Of a DNA stretch of 64,000 bases, positions 12,901 through 27,350 are shown in pieces. The notes beneath the pieces are model-generated. The model ran no database searches. It had not been told where the DNA came from and saw nothing but the letters and a program-made list of their open reading frames with translations. Numbering within the stretch: the stretch's first letter is position 1; each line of letters begins with the position of its first letter. Origin of the DNA: the human T2T-CHM13v2.0 reference genome, Homo sapiens; assembly GCF_009914755.1 (NCBI RefSeq), contig NC_060935.1; one strand, written 5' to 3'. The position numbers were made by a program, and so were the translations under genes.

Positions 12901-13658
12901 AAAATTGACAACTCAATTTTCATTGGTCTTTGAAATTTGAAATAGTCTTTTTATTATGGACTGCACTGGCTTTTTCAGGTTCTGTAAATAGCCTAGTAGC
13001 CCATGACTATATGCCTGTGGGACACTATTTTGTCCCTTTAGGAGTTAAGGGATCTTTCTTTGCAAGTGAGATCCTCCCTTTTCCCAAGATGACACATTTC
13101 AGCACTTTATCTGGGCCCCTTCTTATGAGTTGTAGCTTAAGTGGCTTTTGTTTTTCTCTGTTGATCTTTTTCTTCTTCTTTTGGGTTTTCAATTCCATTT
13201 CTGTTGGACATGGCCCTCCTGTGTGGATTCTTTCACTGCCCTTTCAGAGTCTACTTGCCAGAGGGCCACTTTTCAACTTTCTTTCTCTGAAACTGTCCTC
13301 AAGACGTGCTCTTTCAAGCAACACTAACTTGAATTGTACCTCTCTGCTGAAGGCACCCGAATTAGGCCAGCAGCACTGGTCATTCCTGTCGTTTACCCAT
13401 TCATTTAAGTTTTTATCCCCCAGAGTTTTACATTTTGATCAGGACCTGAGGTATCCAATGAAGGCTTTAATTTCATAATTCTTCTAATAATACTAGTTCT
13501 TACCACTTGATTCTCATTGGCTGCCCAGTGTTGCTGGAGAAAAATCCACAAACCTTGCAACAAATTTATGGTTTCTAGAGTGAGTAGAACCCTTAGCACT
13601 GCAGAGCTACCCTTTTCTTCTAATCAGCCGGTGCATTCTCATTTTTCCAAAGTACATC

Positions 13659-13880
13659 TTTTTCTGTAGAGACACAGTCTTGCTATGTTGCCCTGGTCGG
13701 TCTCAAACTCCTGGGCATATCTAACTTTTTCTTAATTTTTTTTGATATTTCTAGATCACAAAATTCATCTGCAATTTTTTCAAATTGTTGCAATTCTCAA
13801 AAAAGTTTCTAATACATTTATTTTAAAAATTTGCATATAAGTGGACTCTTGAAATTCAAACCTGCATTGTTCAAGGGGCA
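13659..13880. mobile_element. Alu/FLAM fragment (13659-13716, minus) fused to a Tigger2 terminal fragment (13717-13880)
   Basis: gtagagacacagtcttgctatgttgccc..aaactcctgggc, then ..ataagtggac..ttcaaacc..ttgttcaaggg. Confidence 0.7.
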
Positions 13881-14324
13881 CGCCTTGAACAATGGCACCC
13901 ATGTTGTTGTCCATAGCCCCTAAAACCCTTCCCTGGATTTTCAGATAGAAAATTGAGACCAGCTATGAGCTCCTTCAAGTTCCCTTTCTACCATATCTGG
14001 CCAGTCCCACCCATATGTGCAACTGTCTTTGTGCTCCCCACCTGCCCTAGTCCCTTCCAAGGAGGTCCCTTCTCTCCTTGCTCATAAGGCCATTTCTTTC
14101 AGCTTCCTCCCAGACTTGGCATAGCCAGATATGCTATTTCTCATATCCCATCTTTTTTTGCCACTCTGTCGCCCTGACGTTCTGTAAATATGCTTGAGTC
14201 TTTCCTATTTGGAGAAAGTCTCCTGATACTGGTTTCCTCTTTAGCTACTCACCAGATGCCTTGAAAGAGTTATCTCTACCTGCTTGTCTTTTCTTATCTC
14301 CCAGTCACTTTCTGATCCATTATT

Positions 14325-15556
<1,232 letters not shown>

Positions 15557-15897
15557 GGAGGTCAGCAACTTTTTCTGAAAGGGCCAAATAGTAACTATCT
15601 AAGGCTTTATGAGACCTATGACCTGGTTTGCACTATTCAGCTCTGCCTTTGCTGCCAGAGACAATAGGTCAATTAACAAGTGTGGCTATGTTCCCATATA
15701 ATTTTAGTTATGGTCACTGAAATTTGAATTTCCCATTATTTTCATGTGTTACAAAAGATGCTTCTTTTGTTTCTTCTCAGCTATTGAAGGAAGCATGTAC
15801 GTGTACATGAGAATGTAAAAACCATTCTTAGCACTTGGGCTGTACAAAATAGATGGCAGCCTGCACATGACCCAAGGGCAGTAGTTTGCTGCCCCAT
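15557..15897. mobile_element. MER58-type hAT-Charlie MITE
   Basis: gaggtcagcaactttttctgaaagggccaaatagta...gggcagtagtttgctgcccc. Confidence 0.75.
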
Positions 15898-15899
15898 CC

Positions 15900-16620
15900 T
15901 CCATTTTATTCCCCATGTCTAATCATCTTTTATGAAATCCTGCTGAGTCTACCATCACTAAATATCTAAATATCACTGCTTTAATTCAGCCTTCACAAGT
16001 GCTCTGGATTGTTCGTTCATTTTCAAAATTTTTACTCTTATTTTCCACCTGAAATACTGTGTTATCCACCCAGCTAGGCTTCCTATCATGGGTCCATTTT
16101 TGTTCAGCCCATTCTTCATCCTTTTGCCACTACATTGTTTTTTAAAGCACAAAGATAACTTCTCTCCAGGACAAACTTCTTAACATGCCATCCAAGGCCT
16201 TCACAGCTACTCCTTCCCTTACCTTTTTGCTGTCTCCTCTATTTCCCTTCCAATAAATCTCCATTTTTACCATAGGAAACCACTCTTAATCCCCCAAACA
16301 TGTCATTTTCTTTCACATGTTTATGCCTTTACATGCTGTTCCATATTCTGGAAATACCTTTTCCGTTTCCTATACAACCAACTTCTGTTCATTCATAAAG
16401 ACCCAACTCAGAAGTCCTCTTCTGCATGAAGCCTTCCACAGTGCCCACAGGAAGAGTGAGATGCTTCCTCCTCTGTGATCCCACAGTGCCTTGTCTATAC
16501 TCTGTGCTAGCACTGGTCATGTTGCATTGCAGCTGCTTGTCACACACTATGGTGACAGCCCTCTTGCCTACCATAATATCATCAAACACACAGTTATTAG
16601 AATTTCTGTGGAATGAATTT
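15900..16620 (+). mobile_element. Degenerate L2 fragments
   Basis: catgctgttcc..ctggaaata..aagacccaactca..gaagccttcc..cctcctctgtgatcccacag. Confidence 0.55.
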
Positions 16621-17543
16621 CCCCATATTTACCTTGATGAAAATAGCCCACCATTAACTGGCCATGTAATCTTAGACAGATCTCTTCCCCTTTTGGTGTT
16701 ATTTGCCCATTTCTAACATTAAAAGATTAGACTAAATAACCTCTTAGGTCCCTGCTGCACTGGTATTCTATGATTTCTGAGCTCTTATTTCACCCAGCTT
16801 CTCTCAAATTCAGTTTTATTGTCTGTGTAGGGTGGTCTGGGAATTACATCATCACAAAGACCTCTTTCTTTCCTCTACTAATGAAGGCACCTCTGTGTCG
16901 GGAGGAGGAGATGGATACCAGGATAAGTGGGCCCCGGCCCAAGGACACCTCCATATTAGGAATCAGCCTTCTTGTCTCATGGAATATCTCTATTTGGTTA
17001 ACAAGCACAGTTCATAATTATGTTCCAGCCATGAGTCCAGGAGAAGAGATGAAATCCTCATGTAAACATTTGTAAGCATCTAAAATCTCCACTCACTGTC
17101 ATGGAACAAAGAACAACATTTGAGGAAAGCCCTACAATCATTTCAAAAATAAAATACTTTTAAAAAGTATGTGTAAACACATTCTGTTAGGTTTTCAATA
17201 GGTTGTGCAGCCTGAAATCAGTAGGAAATCCAATGAGGGCTTTGCCTGAGGACCAGAGCACCAGCACAAGGAGACCTCCTCCTGCACAGGCCCTAGGCAG
17301 CATCCTTTCTTTTCTGTTTTTTCTGCAGATGCCATGAGGGTAGCCGTTGTGTGGTATCTTTGGTGCCTAGCATACTACCTAGTACTTAACCAGTGCTCCC
17401 TAAAATGCTTCTTAACTAACTGTCTGAATCATCACTGGGCATCTTATTCCCATAGAGGGAGTCCCCAGGTTACCCCAAACTCTGCTTTAACCTTGGATGA
17501 CTCTTCCAGTCCCCAGATTCTATCCAGGTCTCTATTTTTGAGC

Positions 17544-17567
17544 GTGTGTGTGTGTGTGTGTGTGTAT
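17544..17567. repeat. (TG)n microsatellite
   Basis: gtgtgtgtgtgtgtgtgtgtgtat. Confidence 0.9.
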
Positions 17568-20500
17568 GTAGCTTATGAAAATGCCTCATCCCTACCCCTA
17601 GGAATCTCTTTTCCTTTTGCGGGAAGACATTGTCAGTTAATCCTGTTATTTGACAAAGGCCTGTGAGACCAGAGGGTCCTAGAGTCCATGGGCACTGATT
17701 TCCCAGTGGCAGCAGTGAGCCCGGAGGAGGCCCATCGGTTGGGGGGTTTGGGGTGGGGGTGGGGGTGCAGGGGGTGACCAGATGGAATGTGAAGGCCGGT
17801 TGACTTCTTTGTTTTCATCCAGAAAAGCTTGCTTTTCTGAAATGGCATGGTACGTATTTATATGAAGGAGGACTAAGGTAAAAGAGCCCAATAGCAAGAT
17901 TTAGGAGAGATAAGAGACTTACAGACCAAAACTCTATAGGAGAGATTCAGAGTTCCCTTAATTCCCCAAAGTCTGTCTCATTCTCCCTCCCCTGCCTATT
18001 CCATCCCCTCTTGCCCATCTCAGCTTCATTTCCTCACTAAAGTGCAAAGTGAAGGCAGCTGAAAATCAGCCAGATGCAGAGCCACTATCATTCCTCCTCA
18101 ACAAGAGTCTCCTCACTTCAGCCCTCCCCCAAAAGACAGAACTCACCAAGAGGAGAAGATGGCTGGAGGGCACACCTTTGGTGAGCTTTGCCTAGCCTCA
18201 GTTAATTGCAGCTGCTTAATTTTTGTTCAGGCCTGGGACAAATGTTAGCTGAATGTGTGGATCACTATAGGACTTACCTAAAATCTGGTTCTACTAGCAT
18301 TTAATAAGTGATAATTCTGTTTGCTTGGAACAGGCCAGCCTGCCAAAGCCTTAGTAAACCGACACGTGACCAGTGTCACTGTCTTTGCTTCAAACCAGCT
18401 TTAGGGCAATGAGAGGCCGTGGATGGAAGAGGCAGTGAACTTTTATCAGCTTAAACAGAAACATTCTTAATGACTGCACACTCTCTTGGGGGAAAGAAGA
18501 ATGAACCAAATCACTTACCATCTGATTTTTTTTAATAAAAGTTTTTCCTTCCCCATTATAAAATTAGCCCATGCTTACGGGATTTATGGAAAAATAGATA
18601 AAACCGTTGTGCAAAGTTCCAGCTCCCAAAGGCAATTGCTATTAGCGTTTTGCTTCATTTCTTTCTATTCTTCTTTATTATAATTTTTTTCTTTTTTAGT
18701 ATTGTGAGTATACTATGTATGTTGTAAAGATAAGTTTTTTTATCTTTTTCATTTATTATAATGTAAATATTTTTGTGTTATAAATCTTATTAAACACAAT
18801 TTTATAGGCACATAATACTCCATTGAGTGATTATCTTGTTGTTTACTTTGGTCTCATTTTTTTTCTTCTGTAAATAATGCAACCTAAAGCTTTTTTAAAA
18901 AAATTCAGGGTACTTTACTTTGGGTAGAGTCCTAAAAGTGCAATTACAGGGCCAGAGTGTGATAATTAGCTTATCATCAATAGGTTAGAACTGATAGCCA
19001 AGAAGAAATGATTGCCATTAATCATTATCAGAGGGATCTGAGTGATCCCTCTGATAGGTTGCTTGGAATTAAAACCAACATTGTGAGGCTGAAAGTTTCT
19101 ATTTGCTCTGGGCTGGCAGGACCAGATTACCTAAGGGGTAGGATGGGAGGATGATGGGTCAGGGAGAGGAGATTTCCAGCCTGGCCAGTAATGTGCTCAG
19201 AAGCAGGCCTTTATTTGAGAATGTTCTCTATGGCCATCTTTCCATCCATAGATGGCCCTGTATATCACCCCAGTGTCTGCTCCCTTCTGTCAGAGCCCAG
19301 AGCGTGGCTGCCCTGGGGACTGCCATCCTTGAAGCTGTCTGAGAAGCATGGCCACCATCCCCTCTTCCCCTCTGAGCCCTCGCCACTCCTGTGTGAGACC
19401 CAGTGGAGGTCTGGTCAAGAAGTCTCTTTCTCTTGCACACTTTTCTCCCCACCTCCCAGCTTCTGAGTTCTTGGACTTACCCCAAACTTGGCAATTACAG
19501 ACACATGGGAGGTAATTGCAAGACAGTGGGCTGAGTGCTGCAGTAGAAGCATTTAGGTGGAACTCTTAGGAGACATGGTGATTTCAAGCTGGGTCTTGAA
19601 GCCAGCAAAGGGATCCCCTCCCACCCATTTCCCCTCCAGGGCAACAAGAGAAGGGATGGGCTTTGGGAACCTGAGTTTCAGCTGGTTTTGACAGAGTGGG
19701 TTGGGCTGATGCCTCAGGGGCTCAGTTTCCTGTACCTGCATTAGAAGTCAGTAGGCAGGTATCTCATTGCATCTCTGAAGAATGGATCTGAGCCAGTTAG
19801 AGCACGTCATTATCACACCTGACACCTCAGGGAGTGTTTCTGGGGAGTCACTGGAGGACGTGGATGCTCTCCCTGGGAGGGATGTGTCAGGGCATTTATT
19901 TCATCATTGAATCATACTCTTTTCCGTTCACTCATTCCCTTACCTCTTTTAAAATCCAGAGGCAATGCTCCTCTTCTACTCTGAAAAGCAGCCTGGCTCT
20001 GGGGAGCTGTGAATGAGGCTCTTCATGAAAATGCAGCCCATCTCTTGGGGATGATGATGAACTACCAAGGGGCTTGGCTGGGGGCCTGTTTCTTCTCTCT
20101 TGGTGACATAAACCCAGGTGGAGCAGACTCTGTGCTCGTTTCTTTCCAGGAAACATTCATAGGCAGAATCGTTAATCTGCCAATTGCAGTATTACATTGA
20201 CTTTCCAATTCAAAACGATTATTCTGAAAGCATTTTCTGTCTTGGCTAGCATGGTTTTGGCCGTGCGATGTGTTGAGAGCCCCTGGTGGGGATGGGGAAG
20301 GAGAGAGGAATTCAGGAGGGGTCTGTAGTTCTAATCACCATGTTTAGGAAGCAGGGCACACCAGGTCTGTTGAGGTGGGCAGTGAGATGGCAGGGTGCAG
20401 AGATTCTGAGCAGAGAATTCTTGGCATCTCTTGAGTGCCTGAGTCCTGAATCAAGGAGACTCCTCAGAGTCCAGGGTGAGGTCTCAGATTCAGAGTCCTG

Positions 20501-21841
20501 GGGACAGAACCTGGCAGAATGTAGCAGGCAGGTTACGACCCTAGCTGAGTAAGTAAGGGGCAGAGGCTGCTGTAGTCTCTATGTGGAATTAGAACTCCTG
20601 GCCCTGCAAAGTAGAGGTGGGTGGGGAGGCTCACAGAGGGACCCTGGTTCTTGCCTCCCTCACTCCATTCTCCCACACTTGAGACTTGAAAATAAACTTT
20701 CCTCTCTGTTGGGAGGGGTTTTCCTATTTACCATGAGGCTGAGCTCTCCCTGGCTCTCAGCCCTGGTGAGGCAGACCTGCAGATGACAGGTAATTAATAA
20801 TGACAGCTGGGAGAAGCAGGGGCAGCAGGAACCAACAGTTTTGATGCTGTTTGCAAAACACAGGAGGAGGGTAACACAATTCCATTTTAAAGCAGCTCTC
20901 AGGATACAGGCAAGTCCTGAAATAGCCCCATGTAAGGAGTAGCAGCTGCCTCTTGGCTGAGTGTTACAAGGCCTCTCTTGGTGGGCTCAGCAGCTCCTTC
21001 AGCACATGCCCAAGTTCCCAGAGAACAGAATGATCCCTTTGCCTGCATTTCCTCCATGGCCATCATTACAGTAAATTGCAAGGCTCTCATGATGACTATA
21101 GAGAGGCAGATTGATTTGTTCCTTCTGATTGTCACTGTGCTGAACGTGGCCGGAGTGATGGGCACCCAGATTTCACACCTTGTAATGGCCCTGCCAGGGT
21201 GGATGTTAGCACAATTGGGACCTGACGCTTCAATAAATCTGAGACATTCTGCTGTGGAGATCAAAGTTCGGAATTGCTTAAATTGGTGTTGGAGCAGGTG
21301 GGAAACAGGAGTCCAGGGCCATGAATTGGCTAGATGGCAATTGTCGTTCAGTTTGTGAGATCCCAGTGTCGCCTCTTCAGATGATATGGCATCAATTTAA
21401 GTAATTTGGGCTCCCAGCTACCTAGCCCTTTCAGTATTACTGGTTCTGGGAAGTGTGATTCATGGTCTAGCTTATGCTCTTGTGTGAAAAAGAAAAACAA
21501 CACCCCTGCTTGTATCTCTGGGGTTGGAAGGTTGTGTTTGTGCAGGTTGGTATCAATGGGTTATCAGTTTTCACGTGAGTGTGGATGACAATTTCATCTC
21601 CTACCTGCATATGCTGCTAACTCCCCAAGCTACACTTCCAGCCATGACCTCTCATCTTCACTTCAGACTCATTAGCATGTGTGTGTCATGTCATTGTCAC
21701 TTGCACACAGAAATGGACCGGATTTTAACACACAGCATGGAATTCCCAAAGACTTCTTATGAGCTGGGAACGTGCTCTGCCTTCTGATGGAAGCTCAAGT
21801 CCAGAGGAGAGGTGGTCTGATCCATTGGGAGGAGTGGGCAC

Positions 21842-22732
<891 letters not shown>

Positions 22733-22733
22733 T

Positions 22734-23071
22734 ATACACTCAAGTGTATTTAAACATTTTACAGAGTTCAGTGCACATCTCCTCAGTCCTGAGCCTTATG
22801 AGTTATCTGACTGTTAACCCCGAAAGGTACACACTGGATCTCCTTCACTCATTTTTTAACCCTGACTGGGACACCAGAGACATGCTGCATCTTGTATTAG
22901 GTGTTTCATCTTGCAGAATGGCTGTGCTCCTGAAATATTTCCTGTGAAGAAAATTGTTACAATCCCATTACATCACTGGCTTTTATTATTAAATTGGAAA
23001 TTGTTGGCTGGAAACAATTTTAACCCCAAATTGTGAAAAAAAAAAAAAAAAAAAAAAAGAAAGAAAAAAAA
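22734..23071 (+). pseudogene. Putative 5'-truncated retrocopy of an mRNA 3'UTR (parent not identified)
   Basis: ~300 bp of non-repeat-looking sequence, ATTAAA at 22988-22993, A-tail 23036-23071; abrupt junction with L1MB; no clear TSD. Confidence 0.5.
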
Positions 23072-23369
23072 TACCAGAAAAGTAGCAAAGATTTACACGT
23101 AAGTGAAATGTAGACATTCTTGATGATGTACCATTATTTTTCAAATAATACTACTGTTAATAACAACAATAATAATGTAAGTGCATCAGGGACAAGCACT
23201 TACAAAGTGCGATTATGGGCCAGGTAATGTGGTAGCTTTACATTTGTTAACATATTTGGTCTTCCTAACAACCTCACAAAATACATATTAATATTAGCAT
23301 CTTTGCCCCTTTACAGATGAGGAAACTGAGGCACAGAGAGACCAGGTAACTTGCCCAAAGTCAAGACTA

Positions 23370-23765
23370 GTGTACTAGTTAAGATAACATTAGCTGCTGT
23401 AACAGATAAGCCCCAAGTTCTTGGAAGCTTAACATAATAAGCTTATTTCTTGCTTACAGCACAACCTGGTGGCATTGTTTTTGATTGAGTTGTCTTCCAC
23501 ATGGTCATTCAGGGATCCAGGCCCCTTTCATCTTATGGCTCTACCTTCCTGAAGGTTTTTCAAATCCTCATCACTCAGCTGGTGGGTGAGAAAGAAAGCA
23601 AGGACTCAGTGGGAGGTCTTGGGGGACCAGCCTGAATGTGGCGTATGTCACATCTGCCACTTCCCACTGGCCAGAACTCAGCTATGTGGCCACACCTAAG
23701 TGCAAGAGAAATATAATTTTGTTCTTGGCCCCAGGGGAAAGGAAATGGGTTTGAGCAAACACATG
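23370..23765. mobile_element. MaLR LTR (old MLT1 type) inserted in a MIR (MIR pieces ~23160-23369 and ~23780-23860)
   Basis: tgtactagttaagata..tagctgctgtaaca..gtcattcagggatccagg..ccactggccagaact..ggccacaccta. Confidence 0.7.
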
Positions 23766-24680
23766 TTTCATTTTGGCACTGGTAGCAAGTGGAAGACATG
23801 GATTTGAACCCAGACAGTCTGGCTCCAGAAGCTTGCTCTTGAGTGGCACGCTCCTCTACCTTCCTCTGAATAGTAGCTCAGAGGTCTGGGAAAAATGTGT
23901 GGTTGCACAAGTTTTTACTCAGTTTTCTTCCCACATATAACTATTATGTGGTTGCCTGGATGCTGTTGAAGTCATTGCCTTTTAGAAAAAGAGAAACAAT
24001 AAAAACCAATATTAATCAAGTATTTGCCCTATGCCAGGCACTGTTCTAAGCATTTCACACTTACTATTTTATTGAATTTTTACAAAACCCTATGGGATAG
24101 GGAATTATTATTATTTTCATTTTTCAGATGAGGAAGCTGAAGCAGAGAGCTTGGTTCCACGTCCAAGGCCATATTATTAGTAAGAGGTATCACTGGGCTT
24201 GGAATGCCCCCACACAACTACTGTGCTAGGAAGGGATTGAAGGGAAGAAGAAAGAAGATGAGAGATCCAAAGCCACCAGAGACACAATTCAAAGTCAAAA
24301 CCCAGCTAGTTGTTTTGAATCCTGCTTCAAACAAATCAACTTCTACAAGTCACTTATGAGACTATCAAGAAAATGTAAACACTCATGGGAGATCTGATGA
24401 TATTAAGGAATCATTGTTAGCTTACTGGGTGTGAGAATGATGTTTTGGTTATCTTACCAAAAATGTCCTTATCTTTTCAAGGTACATACTGAAATGTTTG
24501 TGGATGACACAATGAAATGTCTAGGATTTGCATCAAATAATGCAGTGTAGGGGTCAAGGTAAAGATGGAATCAAGAGTAGGCACAAGTTGTTCCTTGTTG
24601 TAGAATGGTGGTGGGTATGTGGAGAGTTGCTGTAGTATTCTGTCTACTCTGGGTATATCTGAAATTTTCCATTATGATTA

Positions 24681-25238
<558 letters not shown>

Positions 25239-26039
25239 TATAATTTTAAAAAAAAGACTTTAATGAATCATGAGTGTAGACTTTCTGTAGTCCCCGGATA
25301 GTAAACTAAGAGCACCGAATGTGTTTACCGAAGAACAGCTTTACACAGGTCTTCAGGGGCTCTGTTTGGGAGCCATTGGTCAGCTTTTGAACTCTGATTC
25401 TGAGATACTCCTGGAGGTAGTGGTCAGTGCCGGGAGAATCGGGCTGCTGAAGATGAGCGCCGGAGCCTCTAAAAGTTAGAAGCACAGGCTTCCTGGGTAA
25501 CGGGGAAGCCAGGCCAAAGTCTGGGCTCTGCCCTGGCCAGATTGGCTCAGCCTGGGTTAGTTGTTCAACCCATGACACATATCTTGCTTGAAAGGTACGG
25601 TGCGGCCCAGATCCCAGCTGCATGTTAATTAAACAGTGAAAATCCATCAAAGACTCGGCCTCTTCCACTGGCTAGTTCTCCTGAGTCCCAGGTGAAGCTT
25701 GCTCATGGCTGGCCAGGAGGACCTCCCAATTCTCCACCTAAAATCAACAGCCAACACTTGGCAGCCCAGCTTCTGACCCAATGCAAATTAAGCCTGGCAT
25801 TTGGAGATGGTATTAAACGTCCTAAATCAATATTTTGGAGGCAGAATCAGAACAATTAAAACCCTGCTTTCCTATTCAGACCATTGGAATATGAGTGGAT
25901 ATAAGATTTTCAGTTCACTTTTAAAACTCAGAAGGTTGAAAAAGAAAGATTATCCTTGGCAATGCTCTGAGCATAGTTGATTCCATCTTCAGCATCTTTT
26001 CCTTTTATTTGTATACGTATCCAACATATGTCAAGCACC

Positions 26040-26620
26040 TAGGGACCTCCATATATTATATCACATTTAATCCTTACAGGAACCCTGGGAGGTCCCAATT
26101 TTACAGATGAGGAAACTGAGGCCCAGAGAAGTGAACTGACTTGTCTAAGATCTCTCAGCTATTAATTGGTAGAACAGGGATTTCAACTGGTTTCTTCATA
26201 CCAAAGTCTAACTCTTTGCCCACTATAACACAGCTGGCTTTTCTGAAGTATTTATTTTTCATTCATCAATAATAATTATTAATAAGATAAATCAACAGTG
26301 ACAATAGAAACTGTTTAATAATTTACCATTTTTCTAGTCTTTAAAGGTGCTGGCAATTTGTCTAGTTTGTCCATTTGTTCAACAAATGTTGATTGTGAGG
26401 CAAGCCTGGGAAGGAGGTGTCTGGGCCCTGGAAGCAAAGTGCCTGGTCCTAGCACACACTGGCTGTGTCACCTGGGACAGGTTCATCATTCTCTCTGAGC
26501 TCCAGTCTCCTCATCTGCAAAATGGCATGACTAGCACTGTCTCATAAGGTTGTCTTGAAGATGAAAGGAATTGATACTTGTGAAGTGTTTAAAACAGGGC
26601 CTGGCCCTCAGTGGGCATTC
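26040..26620. mobile_element. Two MIR fragments in opposite orientations (~26040-26240 minus, ~26420-26620 plus)
   Basis: ttttacagatgaggaaactgaggcccagaga; ctctctgagctccagtctcctcatctgcaaaatgg. Confidence 0.75.
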
Positions 26621-26890
26621 CAGAAATAGGATCCCCTGCCAGGCATTGCCCAAGCTCTATGTCTTTGCTCGCATGGAACTTCCTCTTGTTCACAGTACGT
26701 TTAACCAGTTGGTATTATGACTTCTATGTGTATTAACCTAGCTAAAACTGTTTAGGTTTATGGTAAAACAGAATTTTTAAAGGGTAGAAATATAAAATGA
26801 AAAGTAAGGGCCCCCTCTTTCTTACTTCCAAGCTTTGACTGTAGTAGTGTAGCCTGTGAGAAATGCTTGTTTTGTTCTTTCTTCCTTTCT

Positions 26891-26980
26891 CCTTTCCTTT
26901 CATGTACTTGTTTTCTTTCCTTTCCTTTCCTTTCATGTACTTGTTTTCTTTCCTTTCCTTTCCTTTCATGTACTTGTTTT
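26891..26980. repeat. 33-bp tandem repeat, ~2.7 copies
   Basis: catgtacttgttttctttcctttcctttccttt starting at 26901, 26934 and (partial) 26967. Confidence 0.92.
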
Positions 26981-27214
26981 GTTTATATACAGCTGCAATA
27001 TTATTGTTAAGAGTGTTCAGCGGTTTATTCTTTTTCACGTACCTATTTGTCCTGGGTATGTTTCACATGGGGGATTGACCTCATTTTTATAAACAGCTTT
27101 ATGCATTGCTTGGATGTGCCACTCAATGCATAAAGGTGTTTAATAGGTTCCCTATTGATGAACATTTAAGTTTTTTTATAGGCTGAAAGATAATTTATTT
27201 AATCATATCTTTCA

Positions 27215-27350
27215 TTTATTTATTCTTATTTTTAGAGATGGCGTCTTGCTATATTGCCTATGCTGGACTTGAATTCTTGGGCTCAAGCAATCCCTCTGCC
27301 TCAGCCTCTCCAGTAGCTGGGGCTACAGGCATGAGCCACTGCACCCAGCT
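27215..27350 (-). mobile_element. FLAM (free left Alu monomer) within old L1M fragments
   Basis: tttttagagatggcgtcttgctatattgcc..gggctcaagcaatcc..gagccactgcacccagc. Confidence 0.85.

Noticed and set aside
12930-13478. 182-aa hydrophobic ORF with a signal-peptide-like start
   Set aside because: Starts at TTG, the Phe/Leu/Ser bias simply reflects T-rich intronic DNA, and no recognisable family.
17300-17345. Strong polypyrimidine tract and CAG acceptor at 17328
   Set aside because: No convincing donor at exon distance; isolated acceptors are common in long introns.
26742-27092. ORFs with repeated peptides (KYMKGKERKEN)
   Set aside because: Translation of the 33-bp tandem repeat.
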